A stretch of 62,955 nt of DNA, filler included, from Syncephalis fuscata S228 (Eukaryota > Fungi > Zoopagomycota), in the NCBI GenBank assembly GCA_025786725.1. It is 4 parts of 4 records of this genome, joined end to end, with 100 filler letters (N's around TTAATTAATTAA, not from the genome) between each part and the next. Parts side by side here need not be neighbours in the genome. Positions count along the whole stretch, not along the records: positions 16,964 to 36,721 come from JAHLTZ010000172.1; positions 36,822 to 51,997 come from JAHLTZ010000222.1; 2 more parts are not named here. One strand, given 5' to 3'. The position numbers and the translations under genes were made by a program. Below are positions 26,401-39,102 of the stretch, piece by piece. Positions within the stretch are counted from its first letter, which is position 1, and every line of letters starts with the position of its first letter. The notes under the pieces are model-generated. The model saw only the letters and a program-made list of their open reading frames with translations, searched no databases and was not told the origin of the DNA.

Positions 26401-28392
26401 TTACTGATGGTGCTGATGATTGCCATCTTTGACTTTGCTATCATTGTTGTTGATATCATCGATATCGTCATTGTTGTGCGTATCATTAGGATAAATCTGT
26501 GGTGTAGCCGGCAAAGGGATATGCATCGCCACCGATTGTAAATCCGTAGTAGTCTGATTTGCATAGCTTGAGTCAACATCAACCATGCTGACCGAAGCAG
26601 TAGCAAGATTAATTCGTCGGGCAACTGTTAGACCGCGAGGCATGCTACCCTCTGAACCTGACATAAAATAAGCATCTGATGTAGGACGTGATGACTCGTA
26701 GGACATTGTAGTAGCAAGAGTCATAACACTATCACGGACTGTATTATTCTCTCTTAGGCCAATGCCATTATTTTGATTGGCCTCTTCAATCGCTAATTGC
26801 TCCATTAATCTTTGAGCATCAAATGAACTAACTGATTGTGGTCGCGGCATAACTAATATTGGTTCATTAGCAATTGTTTTTGTGGTCATCAGACCCATTG
26901 ATGATCTTCTCTGCTGTAGCATATTGGAAGAGGTTGGCGCTGATGCTGATGCTACTGTTGCTGCCGCAGTTGCCGCTTCTGCGGCCGCATAATTCGAATA
27001 TTTAGGTGTGCCTAGGGATGTTTGCGGCGAAGAATCACGTTGTATATCCCTTGATACATTAAGTATACCAATCAAATCCGAATTATCGTTTGCTGTTGTA
27101 GATGCGGTCGCTTGTCCTAATACAAGAGCATCAGGCAAGGCAGATGATCTAATTGGAGAGGGTGGGCTTAGAGTTGCAATAAGAGCGCTGCCAAGTGATG
27201 TATTTCCGCGTGTATTGCTGGTGTTAAGTACTGATCTTCGGGTGCGTGTCTGTTGCTCGGCCGACATTAGTTCGTTAAGCTTATCGGATAATGGGCCGTC
27301 GTCGTCGGAGAATGCATATGAGCCATGGAATGACTGGCTATCATCTTCTTCAATAAACTGCATAGTGTTACCCGCTGTTGTTAATTGCGTTTGCCAGCTT
27401 GTGTTTCCACTTTGATCATGTTGATAAACAACGCCCATAGCTGCAGCTGCAGTAGCTGGATTACGGAAATTGGCAAGAGATTGCCGTGGTGGGCGCACTT
27501 GCTCTGGATCATCCTCTGACCAGATTGAGCTGCTCTCCCACATTTCATTCTCATTGCTATAATCAGAACGTACACCGAGTGTGTTTGTTCGATCGATGCG
27601 GTTACGTATAGAGTGTGATCGCTTAACGCTAGTCTCACGGCTTAGTTGTCGGCTTGTTTGTGCTTCAAGCTGTAGTCCACTAGTGTTATGGAACTGATCG
27701 CTAGTTGGAATGGGAGCAATAGGGGTCGATGAGTTTACAGGCCGTGGCACATGTGCCGGCCAGTTGGCTGGAATCTGGGGTGGAATACCCCATGCATCGG
27801 CACCACCTTGCGAGGTAGTTACGGAAAATGGTGTTGATGTTATAGTCATTGGGCTTTGGTTAGCTTGATTGTTCGTCGTATTGAGTGCAGTAATATGAGA
27901 TGGGCTTCTTATTGGCGAGGGATTACGTCGAACCAAGCTGCTAGCACGTAAGGGAGGACTGCGAAGAACATTGTTACCATGTATGTTTGATGAGGCACGT
28001 GTCTGTAAACGGCGAGCTGTTAGCAGTTGTTGCATCTCTCGCCGTCTCCGTACGTAGAGCACCATTGCTACACCGAGGACCGCCAATACGACCATCGATA
28101 CCGTAATACTAATCAGTATAGGGGTATTAGTGCCTCCTCCCTTGCTATTATCAGTTTCCGAATTCGTATTATTTGTTGGCCCGGGGTCAACGAAAGAAGT
28201 CGTCGGTGTAGCAGCTGACTGTTGTGCCTTTGCCAGTGGGACTACAATAGCCAAATCATTATGAATGGCTTTTGAGTTTGGTTCCGGTACGCTAATACCA
28301 CCTAGTATAGGTGAATTGCCATTATTTTGGCCAGATGGATTTGGAGCATCAGATCCAGGTCCTACACCGGTAGGAGTGGGTTCCACTTCCAT
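26401..28392 (-). CDS. Single-pass membrane protein with a long disordered cytoplasmic tail
   Basis: 663-aa ORF; TM ILISITVSMVVLAVLGVAMVLYV followed by RRRR. Confidence 0.8.
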   Translation of the reverse strand: MEVEPTPTGVGPGSDAPNPSGQNNGNSPILGGISVPEPNSKAIHNDLAIVVPLAKAQQSAATPTTSFVDPGPTNNTNSETDNSKGGGTNTPILISITVSMVVLAVLGVAMVLYVRRRREMQQLLTARRLQTRASSNIHGNNVLRSPPLRASSLVRRNPSPIRSPSHITALNTTNNQANQSPMTITSTPFSVTTSQGGADAWGIPPQIPANWPAHVPRPVNSSTPIAPIPTSDQFHNTSGLQLEAQTSRQLSRETSVKRSHSIRNRIDRTNTLGVRSDYSNENEMWESSSIWSEDDPEQVRPPRQSLANFRNPATAAAAMGVVYQHDQSGNTSWQTQLTTAGNTMQFIEEDDSQSFHGSYAFSDDDGPLSDKLNELMSAEQQTRTRRSVLNTSNTRGNTSLGSALIATLSPPSPIRSSALPDALVLGQATASTTANDNSDLIGILNVSRDIQRDSSPQTSLGTPKYSNYAAAEAATAAATVASASAPTSSNMLQQRRSSMGLMTTKTIANEPILVMPRPQSVSSFDAQRLMEQLAIEEANQNNGIGLRENNTVRDSVMTLATTMSYESSRPTSDAYFMSGSEGSMPRGLTVARRINLATASVSMVDVDSSYANQTTTDLQSVAMHIPLPATPQIYPNDTHNNDDIDDINNNDSKVKDGNHQHHQ

Positions 28393-29764
28393 ACTATAAT
28401 CAAATCAATAGTATTACTATTGACGATGGAAATATGCGCAATTGGTATTGTATAAATGATAGCAGTGAGTTATACAGCTCAATTGGAGTTACACGCCAAA
28501 TGATAAGCTATCAATGACAATAAAACAGTTGGAAGATACAAAATGTAGATGAAATCAAATGCTAAAATGGCGAATGGCCACGTCGATGTTGCGAAAATCG
28601 ATTGATGGCAAGTAAGACTTGTGTAAACAAATAACGTGTAGTTATCTTTTTCTTTCTTTTGTCAAAAATGAATGGATGCAGTAAATGAAGGAAATGCTAT
28701 AAGAGAATGCTAGAATAGATAGAAATATGCAGATAGAAATGCCAATATGCTATGCTATAGTCAATGTAGATGGTGAACCTATGTACGCGGATATGTACCA
28801 GTGCAGCCGTGTGGCGTCAAGTTTGTAAACAATGCTATAAAGATACAACTGGACATGCAACAACTTGAACACACAGCAAGCAGGCAAGCAAATATTAACA
28901 CCAATGCAAAAATGCGTAAAGACAAAAGAAAGAGAGAAAGAAAGGCAATGGGCGGTGGGAGATACAACGCCATCGATTCTATAAAGATAGCGCCATAGTC
29001 CTTTGTTCTTTTTCCATAAAGCCATTGTACGACCATAGTCGCCAATCCACATGATCGATAAATATAGTTGGTTGATTGATTGTGCGAATGGATAAAACTG
29101 GCCTTTTCTCCAATGGAGCCCAATACAAACACAGCTTATCTATATGAGGAATGCTATGACGTTTAAGTGGGGGGAAGACAAGAGCAAAGGCGTATGTATA
29201 CGCATTATTATTTGCATATCACTTTTCTTCTTATAAGCTAGTTTCTGGTTTTAAGTTCAATAAGCGTTTACTATTATGTTTCTTTTATGCACTAGCATCT
29301 GTTATTGCCATATTTGGTAAATATAATTATCTAAATCTTCACACACTGAATAATCGTAATAAATACTTTAATGATTCATACAATCGATACAACTCCCTTG
29401 CATCACTTGTCAGTGGCTGCATTGCCCTCATTTCATTTCACCATATAATGCAATTATCATGACATCCATATAACATAGTAGATATAAACAAAACAAGTCT
29501 AAAGTACTATTCAGCGTTTATAGAGTGGTGTAATGTATTTATTATCATAAGCGTGTCTGTTAATAGGATCGGCAATGGACATTGTCTTATTGCTAGTATA
29601 ACAGCACCATCGATTTGAAAGCAGAATGACCAAAACAATAGCTGAATCTTGATGTATGATAAACTATACGATGTAGTTGTCAAACAATCTTGTCGTCTAC
29701 CGAATGTACACCTAAATATACTGCAATAATAACTACAGCTACAACTTACCCGGTTTGCTAATTA

Positions 29765-30246
29765 TTCTATGTATGTCAATATATAAATGATTAGCTCTGT
29801 ATAAAACTGAATTGAATAGCCAATTTATATTTTAGCTTACACTCTATTCATCGCTATTGAGGAATAATGCTAGTTTTGTCATACAACTTACCATCTACAA
29901 TAATAATTAACCAATAGCATACATGAGTGTTATGCTATTAGTTTGTCATGCAACTTACTATCTATGATAGTCATTAGTTATTATCATATATAAGTAATAA
30001 AAATCAATATTGCAATGTATATTTAAAACTAGGACTTACCGTCTATTGAATTTAATTTGCTATGTTTATAAAAATAAACGATAATCAGTTCAATGCAGTG
30101 CTGGCAAAGGCTGTTCTAGTGGTCATAAAATATAAAATATAATCACAACATGCCACAGCAAACCATGACTGGCATGGCAGTTGTCACAATTGCATTGGAC
30201 ACGAACACCAATAGAAGGTGTAGATGGTAGCAATAGAAAACTTCAT
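29765..30246 (-). pseudogene. Micro-exon peptide gene paralog (four 3-nt exons), probably disabled
   Basis: Exon 1 30246-30154 reads MKFSIATIYT-(1-nt fs)-LLLVFVSNAIVTTAMPVMVCC; GC donor; 3-nt exons ACG (30042-40), ATA (29961-59), ATG (29894-92), AGT (29843-41), each TAG|NNN|GTAAG; spliced tail DDNE*. Confidence 0.75.
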
Positions 30247-32909
30247 GGTAATATAAATTTGTTAGAATAAGCAGGTGTATCAAAAGTAGGGGATATATAA
30301 TAGATAGCTGTGTAGAAAGAGCTGTGTGTGTGTGTGTGTAAAAAAAGAGAAAGAGTTCAAGTGTGATAGTGGTTGTGAATTGGTAAGCACTATTTAAGTT
30401 CATGACAATGATGTGAGTGCCGTTTAGTCCAGATAGTGCGTTATGTATACCGCATGCATCAATATAACTATTGCTGTATTATGCATTGAATGGGTATGCA
30501 TCAAAAACAAAATATGCAAACAACACATGTGGATATGATTTACACCAATTAAAATGCTTCTATTAAATGCTATGCGACGCGTGTTGGCTTGCAAAGTAAA
30601 GTTCTAAATTATCATAATCTGTGCTCAGTAAAATCTGTTTTCATTCATGCAAATGCGGTGATGGTAAAAATCAAGCGAAATGTGCCTAGTCTAAAAGCTC
30701 CAATCAATCTAAATTTCGCTGTTATCCAAAGGAGCTTCATTGGCTTTTTAAAATAGTGATGCTATTTGAATGTTTATTGCGTGCATAGCAAACCACACAA
30801 TTAAACTAAAATCGACTTTCCATTAGAATGTCACTTTAGCTTTATTTATGTCATTAATAAACTAGTAATAGTATCACTTATATGTTATTAAAGATTTTTG
30901 CTATAGAATTATTATAGTTGACCAGTAATAGTTTAATCATATTTCTTTTGGCAATAAATAGTCTATCTATTATCTTTTTATTTAGCTAATCGCTTGCTTT
31001 TTACTAGCACATTATTAATGACTTAATATAAACATTGTTAAACTACATCAAGTTGCTAATAGACTGTTTGATATCAGCATAATATAAAAAAAGCAGATTA
31101 ATGATATAGTTGTTGAAGTAGCTGGCGTTGGTATAGTTTTATTAAATGTAAATAATTGTGCTATGCTGTTATTGTTTTTAAAGCTTTGCATTAATTTATA
31201 ATGACAATAGTATTAATACTAATATTACTATTGATTAAAGTTTCTGCTTCATTTCATTTGTGCAACAAGAACATAAACTTTTAAATAACCAGACTATTTA
31301 CAAATTATAAGTCTTATTCATTATTTAAAACAAATAAGCACATTTTAAATAAACAATGGCTGGCTAGACAATAATCTAGTAATTCTATTGATTCATGGCC
31401 ATTAAAGTCGCGGTAAAGCATGATCTATAGTCTCCTTTATAGTAGTATCTTTAACTCCGATAAAGCAGTTTTAAATATTTCAAAAAGCGCCGTTTTTATT
31501 TCATAACTATTAGCCAAGCAAGATACAATACATCAGCAAGTAATTTCTGTTTATAATCTATAGCAATCATCAATAAAAGAAATTTTAATTGGCAGCTATC
31601 AAATAGCGGTTAAACATACTTTAATAAAACCTTTTCTTCAATAAGGTGGAACTGACTGATTGAGGCAGCAAAGTACTTTTTGTTTCACTCACTCACTTAA
31701 TAACATCCACTTAGCACACACTATTCATTCATCCACACACGTTCATTACACTTGGGCACCCAGCACACCCGTATAACACGCACACACACACACACACAAC
31801 TTTCTCGTATTTCTTGGCCTTTAAGCTATTACACACTTTTCTCTCCTTTCAAATTGACCTATACTTCATCTGTGCTTTTCTGGCAATTCACCTACTTTGT
31901 CGCCTATTTATTTCGCTACAAACGGGTAGACGTAGCCTCGTGGAGTTGACTTGCCAAGTAAATAACAAAGCAAGGTTACGCCTTCCTAGTAAAGAGTCTA
32001 GTGTGAAGTAGTCCTTTTCTATTTCTTAGGATATCTTTTTCATTGTCGTCTCTCTGTTTCTCTCTCTCTCGTTCGCCAACTACTCAGTCGTTTCTATATC
32101 ACAGCGACGTATACCGCCAATACAACCGATACAAGTGTGCGTGTGTGCGTGTGTGTTTGTTTTCGTGTCTTCCTTTGTTGTTGTTCTTTATTGACACAGC
32201 TCGCGGTTTGTCCTCCGCTAGCTATTTATTCGCCTAAAGGAGATTCCACATTTATCATCTCGTTTTCCTTTGTTGCATAAGTATTGATACTTTGAACAAA
32301 CACTCGTTATCTAGACTATTGGATGGTTATACCGGGCGGTACTGGCACCAGTATTAGTCTCCAGTGCAGTTATAGCTATTGTGCTAAACTCTCCTACCTT
32401 CAGCCATAGTCAACGAAAATAACCGTGTTTATCAAATAATTATTTGGTAAGTAGTCTTTGTATTACAGAATACATACCTGCCTATATATATATAAACATA
32501 TATATCCTGACGGGTACATATCTTGGCCTATTATTATCAATGTTATTCATTTTACCTAATGGCTAGTGTTATAATTAATGAATAATATAGTTTATTATTG
32601 AACAAATGATCAATAGTAAATAATATTTATTTAACTTTTACAACATTTGTTAATCAGCACATTTACTGCTTATACTCCTTTATTTAGAACAATTTGCTGT
32701 TATTTCGACGCACCAACAATTAATATCTATTGTTTACAGCGCCAGTAATTGTACGTATCCATAGATACACATAATAGATAATATTAATTCTATCGATACT
32801 TAATCTAGGTGTTCCATTACCACTATTACTACTACCACAATTGTTATCATTAGTATTGCAGTTATACGACATTTCCATATCCAGTGCCTCAATTCTTGCA
32901 CGTCATTGA

Positions 32910-35900
32910 ATGATTGTGCGCGGTATGGATGATCCATCAGTCAATAACGTGACGGTCATTGCTTCAGGTCCAGATGAGCCATTGACCCGTACACCATCAT
33001 TGCCGGCCAGTCCAAGCAATTCATTACGCTTTGCCCGTCCACCACGGCCTAATTCGAGAGGCAATCGACGACATAGTCTTGTAGGGGTATTCCCATCTGC
33101 TACCGATGCTGTGATAACCACTGCAGCAGAGTCCACTCCTGTTATGCAACGTAGTGCATCTCATGCTCCATTCTCGAATAATGAACATACAATTGAAGGC
33201 AACGAGTCTACAGGTCGTCCTCGCCGTCCCATGTCATACCATGCTGGATTCCAACGCAACCTATTTTCACAAGAGTCAAATCAACGTTTGATGGCTGTGA
33301 CTGAATCCGCTGCATTAATGACTACTGTAAAAGAAATCACTATGACTGAAACGGAGGATATTGATATGAGTTTGCCAGTATCTAAAGCAGAACCCAATAT
33401 CATTCCAGATATCGATACAGAATCCATGGAAAGTAATGTTGTCAAAGAAGACTGTCCATCTTTAGAAGAGACACCCGATGCATCTTATAGTATTATAAGT
33501 GATGACACACCATCATTTGCGGCTATGATGGCCGATATGATTGCCTATCCGACTGTATCACCATTATTACCCGTAGTATCACCGTCTAATGGACTTTCCA
33601 TGCTTGTTGATGCCACCTACGAAGAAACAACTACTGTGGAAGAAACAACTACTGTGGAAGAAACAACTACTGAACAAACAACCAACGTAGAAGAGATAGC
33701 TGATAAACAAATAGTTACTGAATCAGTAGTAACAAGGGAATCAATGGTTGAATCAAGCGATACTACTGAACAAGTAACGACTAGTACAACAGAAATTGGA
33801 ACAGCCAATGATATTCAAGATGATGACGAATCTGATCTAAGAATTACTTATGATAATACTGAACTACAAGATAGTATTATTGATGGACTGGCTATTAACG
33901 CTACAGACAATACTATTGTGACCACTATAACCGATACTACTATAAAAGAGGTATTTAGCGATATGGATCCCGATGAAGATGACAGTGATAGCAATGCTGA
34001 AGTACCCTCTGTCATTGGTATGCTATCACCAGAACGTGTACGTGATTCAGTCATCCTTCAAGCTGAAAAGAGTCCCCAATTACTGGCATTACGTAATATC
34101 GATGATATCGATGATATCGATCCATTATCTGGCAGCCATGATGGCGACAGTAATAACAGTGGAAGTAATAGCGATGAAGATATGGCTGCATTATCACTTC
34201 CCGGTGTATTAAATCCAGCCAATCTAGTAGTTGATGAAGCCATGCCACCCAAATCACCTCTACTCGGCAATGCTGATCATGATCATGAACACACCACGAT
34301 TGAACAAGCATTGATATCACCTATCGAGTGTTTACCATCTAGTGCGTTTATTGAGAATAGAGAAATACTCGATGCCATGACAGACACATCAGTACAGCCA
34401 CCAGTAGATGGCGAAGTGTCCATGTTGTCCACATCTGCATTGAGTACTGGATTTCCTATTGCACCAGGTAGTCCAGCGGTTGTTCCTACTGAAATGATAT
34501 CAACAATGAGTGGTATGTCAGATGGACATGATCATACACTTATTGGTGAAGGCCATGGATCACCCTTAGTCTATACAACAGCAGGACCGGCCAATGGAGA
34601 ACGACAAATACTCATTGCTCGTCTATGTTCACTTGGACATTCTGAAGGAGCGGCTAACGATGCATTAGATGCACTACCTAGTGGTAACTTTGATGAGCTA
34701 CTATTATGGATCTCACGTCGTCGATTAGCTATTCTTAAAAGCGATGCTGAAGAAGAGAAACGACTACGACGACTTGAAGAGGTGGGACGGGCAGGTGGCA
34801 GTGTAAATGGCAGTAGCAGTGTTGGTGGCAGTAATGGTACTACCAGTGTTACTAGTCTTCGGGGCCCATCACATCATCTATCTGGACTGGGAGTCAGTGG
34901 TCGATTAAGCGATGCTGATTCAGAGGATTCAACGATACTGTTACCAGATGTACAGTTAATCGATCGTACTACCATTTGTGATCCATTACATCGACCACCC
35001 GATTCACGTACAACGCCCAGACCACGTTCTATCCTGAAACCACCACCGAGTAAAATGAATAAAGAGGGTAGAATGGAAGTGGCAAAGGATTTACTTAAAG
35101 ATACGACAGTTGCTTCATTATGGCAACGATCACGTGTATGGTTTTCATTACCGACCCGTACATCATCAGCATCGACCATGGGTGGATCAGGTGGAATGGG
35201 ACGTAAAGAGGCGTTCCATCAACGTCAAGGCGGATCATTACGGACTAAACCATCGCCGTATTCCGCCTATTTACCAGCACCGCCTTCACCGTCACTATCG
35301 GTTGAGAGTGATGAATTGCCTATTCGTCAGTTAAAACAAGTTCGTTTCCCGGTACAAGCAATGGCCATTAAGTATTTATATGTTGCTGAACGACCCATTC
35401 AACCTGGGCTTCGTTTAGATGAGCATGGTCGTACCGAAGATGGCCAATTACTAGATGGTAAGTTATATATATATATTACTATAATAGTTATACTAATATA
35501 TACATATATATATGTATTTATATATAGCGAATGGACATGCTCAGCTACTTAGTCATCAGAATAATCAAGGTGTCTATGATAGTTTAGAGGCATTGGCTAG
35601 TAATACACAATTATCCGGTGTTGATCATCCACCGGGTCTGGTATCATTGGCCGGAGGAGAACAGGTGAATGGATCAAGATCGAGTGGACATGCATCGACA
35701 TTACATCCTGCTACTAAAAGTGAAGCACAAGCAGGCATTACTATAGATGCCGCATTGGCAGCCGGTGCACCACGGGACATCAATGATGATTCGCCTATTA
35801 CACCAATTGAAGAAGCACGTCTACATTCAGCACGTGAGCTATCGGTCTATTATCGTCGAGCTTGTCAAGCCCGTCATGAACGGCCTATTGATTCGGTATT

Positions 35901-36721
35901 ACAGCAACTTAGAGTAAGTACTGTAATTAATGTATTAAATTTAAGTTGTAATCGTGTTTATTATTAGCGGGCAAGTGAACGAGCCGAACCATTAACCACC
36001 CTATCATTGACGGGTAAGTCATCTAATAATCGTATTGTTGTTGTTGTTTAATATTTACATATGATTAGGTATTTATTGGAACGGCGAGCGGCTGATGCAT
36101 TATCAGATATGCTTATACTTCGTTCAGGTCTACAGCGACTTGAACTTAATGACTGTTCTCTCGTTAATGATGCGTTGAAATCAATTCTACATAGTCTATT
36201 ACTAGTAGATGAATTACAAGAGCTTAGTTTATGTCGCAATAAGCGTATTAGTGCAGACGGATTTAAATATATTGCTATTTATACGCGAAAGGTAATAGAG
36301 ATAGAATAGAAATAGAAGTATTTATTAATATTTATTAATTTATAGGCTAAACATCTTCGTTTACTTGATTTGTCGGGTTGTCGACCTGACAAACGAGGTT
36401 GTCGTTACTTGTCTCACGCTCTTGCCTCTAGCAGTGTTATGATGTTACGTAGCGCTTTACGTACACTTTATTTAAATGATTGTAATCTACGATCAACACT
36501 ATTAGAAGTTCTTGGTAAGTAATTGATAGATTCTACGCTATATATTGCGTATACTTATGTATGATTTATGTTAGTGCCATCGATTCGTCGGTCTAATGTT
36601 ACCGAATTGAGTATGACGCATAATCGATTTGGTCCTAATGGTGCAATATGGGTAGCGGCCTTACTGGATGCCGATTGGCTTCCATCTGAAGAGAGTAATG
36701 GACTATTTGCGGTATTGAAAG
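32910..36721 (+). CDS. RNI-like LRR protein, PP1 regulatory subunit PPP1R37/Mhp1-like (3' end cut by gap)
   Basis: SILK and KQVRF (RVxF) motifs, YRRACQARHERPIDSVLQQL, LRR exons LQRLELNDCSL and LQELSLCRNKRI. Confidence 0.75.
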
Positions 36722-36821
36722 NNNNNNNNNNNNNNNNNNNNNNNNNNNNNNNNNNNNNNNNNNNNTTAATTAATTAANNNNNNNNNNNNNNNNNNNNNNN
36801 NNNNNNNNNNNNNNNNNNNNN
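36722..36821. other. Assembly gap/linker
   Basis: N-run with TTAATTAATTAA. Confidence 0.98.
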
Positions 36822-37319
36822 ACAGCTGTGTATGATCAACAGATATACACTAGTTATTGTAGATATACTGTATTGTCACTGTTAATAAAATAATAACATG
36901 TATATTAATTGCGCAAATATTTACGAATGCGTGAAAAAATAGCATAAAAATAGAACTTTGACAAGAACTAATGTAGAATGGATTTTGTTACAAATTTGGT
37001 AGTCGTGAGATATTTTTGTCCGCCGAGTCGCAAAATTGATGCTAAAAATAAAATATGAATGGATAGCAACTGCTACGTCATTGTACAAAGCGGAAAATAG
37101 TCTTAAATGTGGTGAATGATGTTGACACTGCAAGCAAGTAGGAAATGTTAATTTACGTATAAAAGCAGGACATGATTTGAAGTAAATTGTTAGTTCTTTA
37201 CTACACAACAAGCATCTTGCATTGAACATTCATTCATTCATTCATTGTCTATAACAATTGTTTATTCTGCTATCTAGCACTTTCTGCATTCAAGCTACAA
37301 TCAAAACAACTCATTTATC

Positions 37320-37658
37320 ATGGTCCGTGCTGCTTTCATTAAAACTGCCTTGGTCCTCGCTGTTGGTGCCGCACTAAGCGTTGAAGCATTCCCAAATAAG
37401 TCTTACCAGCCGGAGTATGTTGGTCTTGGTGAACGCTGTGGTTACTCTGGCAATCTTTACCGTCAATGTCGAGAAGATCAAAACCTGGTCTGCACCAACA
37501 GACCAAACACAAGTGATACTTACTGTGTTTTGAATTCCAAAGAGGGTGGTGCCTGTGACGAAAACCACATATGTCCTCCCTGGTTGTACTGCACTGTTGC
37601 GCCATTCCAAGGAACCGGCGTTTGCGCCCGATACACTCAACCTCCTAAAACCTATTAA
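37320..37658 (+). CDS. Small secreted cysteine-rich protein (112 aa, 8 Cys)
   Basis: Signal peptide MVRAAFIKTALVLAVGAALSVEA; two 4-Cys modules; TATAAAA about 180 bp upstream. Confidence 0.85.
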   Translation: MVRAAFIKTALVLAVGAALSVEAFPNKSYQPEYVGLGERCGYSGNLYRQCREDQNLVCTNRPNTSDTYCVLNSKEGGACDENHICPPWLYCTVAPFQGTGVCARYTQPPKTY

Positions 37659-38348
37659 TTGGTTTAACATTCAAACTGTCATCTCTTAATAAAAAAGCTG
37701 TTTGTTCAGCTACTGTTTTTAGCTTATTTATATTAGTAGCAAGATAACAGTACCATTTATAATCTACTAGATGTTTTTATCATAGAATCATTATACTTAA
37801 TTGGTAGCTATTTCTATAAAAAGAATTGTTATTATATAACAATTGAATGGCTTTTTAATTAGCAATGATTTATCTATTTATATCCTATGTGCAATACTTG
37901 ATCATTTAATTCGTATTACAATATTATTATATACACAGTTTTTTAATTTCACTATAATAAATTGCTCATTTTTAAATTTATTTTAGTTTATATCAGAATT
38001 TATACAATCACAACTTTTGTTATAAATATGTTAATTAAGCTATTGTTATAAGTTAAAGTCATTTAATATTAATAATATTTTTATTAAATTGATATCAAAA
38101 TATTTAATTAAACTACTATATATTTTTATTTTTAAAAATTTTATTCAATGTATTAAACATAATAATAGACGATGGATGATATCAATCATCAAAATACTCA
38201 TCATTATATGATTTTATAGTTATAAATTATTTATAAATTTTAATTTGTTTAGTTTATTGAATCATTTATACAAACAATATAATTCTTGCTATTAACACTT
38301 GTATTATATATAACAAATATACGCTTCATTTATTACTATTATCATTAT

Positions 38349-38842
38349 TTAACTGCCACGATATGTGCTATATGAATAGGGACTTAATAACAACGGAATG
38401 TGGTAGTGGTCTTCTGGTGCAGCCAATTCAAATACAATCTATATCATCCATATTAATTAGTTTATAAACATCAACGCTATATCTATTTACCTGAACAAAT
38501 GGATAAAAACACTTTTCATTAAATTGTGCATAATAAGCTTTAGTATCAAAAGTAACACGATAACATCCAGGCTGAAGTGTATCGCCACTTTTTGTTAGTC
38601 CTGGACAACGACCATCTTGATTAGTTAGACTAACACCATCCACAATACATCAATGCGAATTATTTATAAACACTAGTATTAACTTACGTTGTTCCTAGAA
38701 CAGCCCAAGCTACTGCTTCCGCATGACTAGTAACAGATAAACCCGTATATTCCAACAAAACCGGAAGATTGGCAGCTGGTCGACCACGTCCGGTATCAAG
38801 AACGTGTGACGTAATAGGCGGTTGAGCAGAAGAACCCGACAT
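38349..38842 (-). CDS. 5-hydroxyisourate hydrolase (transthyretin-like), 2 introns
   Basis: ITSHVLDTGRGRPAANL, TNQDGRC, FYPFV, HYHIPLLLSPYSYSTYRGS*. Confidence 0.95.
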
Positions 38843-39102
38843 GACAGACTTTGCACTCTATAAAAGCCAGTTTGAAAGTCAGTATCATATAATATATATG
38901 CTATATACTATATACTATATGGACCTACTAAATGTTCACGATATTGTTCAAGACGTGGCTGTGTACGAGAGTTACTCATATCAACACAATAAAAGAATAA
39001 ACGATTGAAGGAATAAACGAGTATAATGTTGTTTTCACACTCTCTTTTAAATCACAACGCGCCCACGCGCTTCATTAAAACCAAAGATCAGCAAATAACC
39101 CA

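Noticed and set aside
30143-30165. CAAX-like ending CCGML* suggesting a lipopeptide pheromone
   Set aside because: GML* lies in the first intron (GCATGT donor), and the gene has a signal peptide, unlike a-factor-type precursors.
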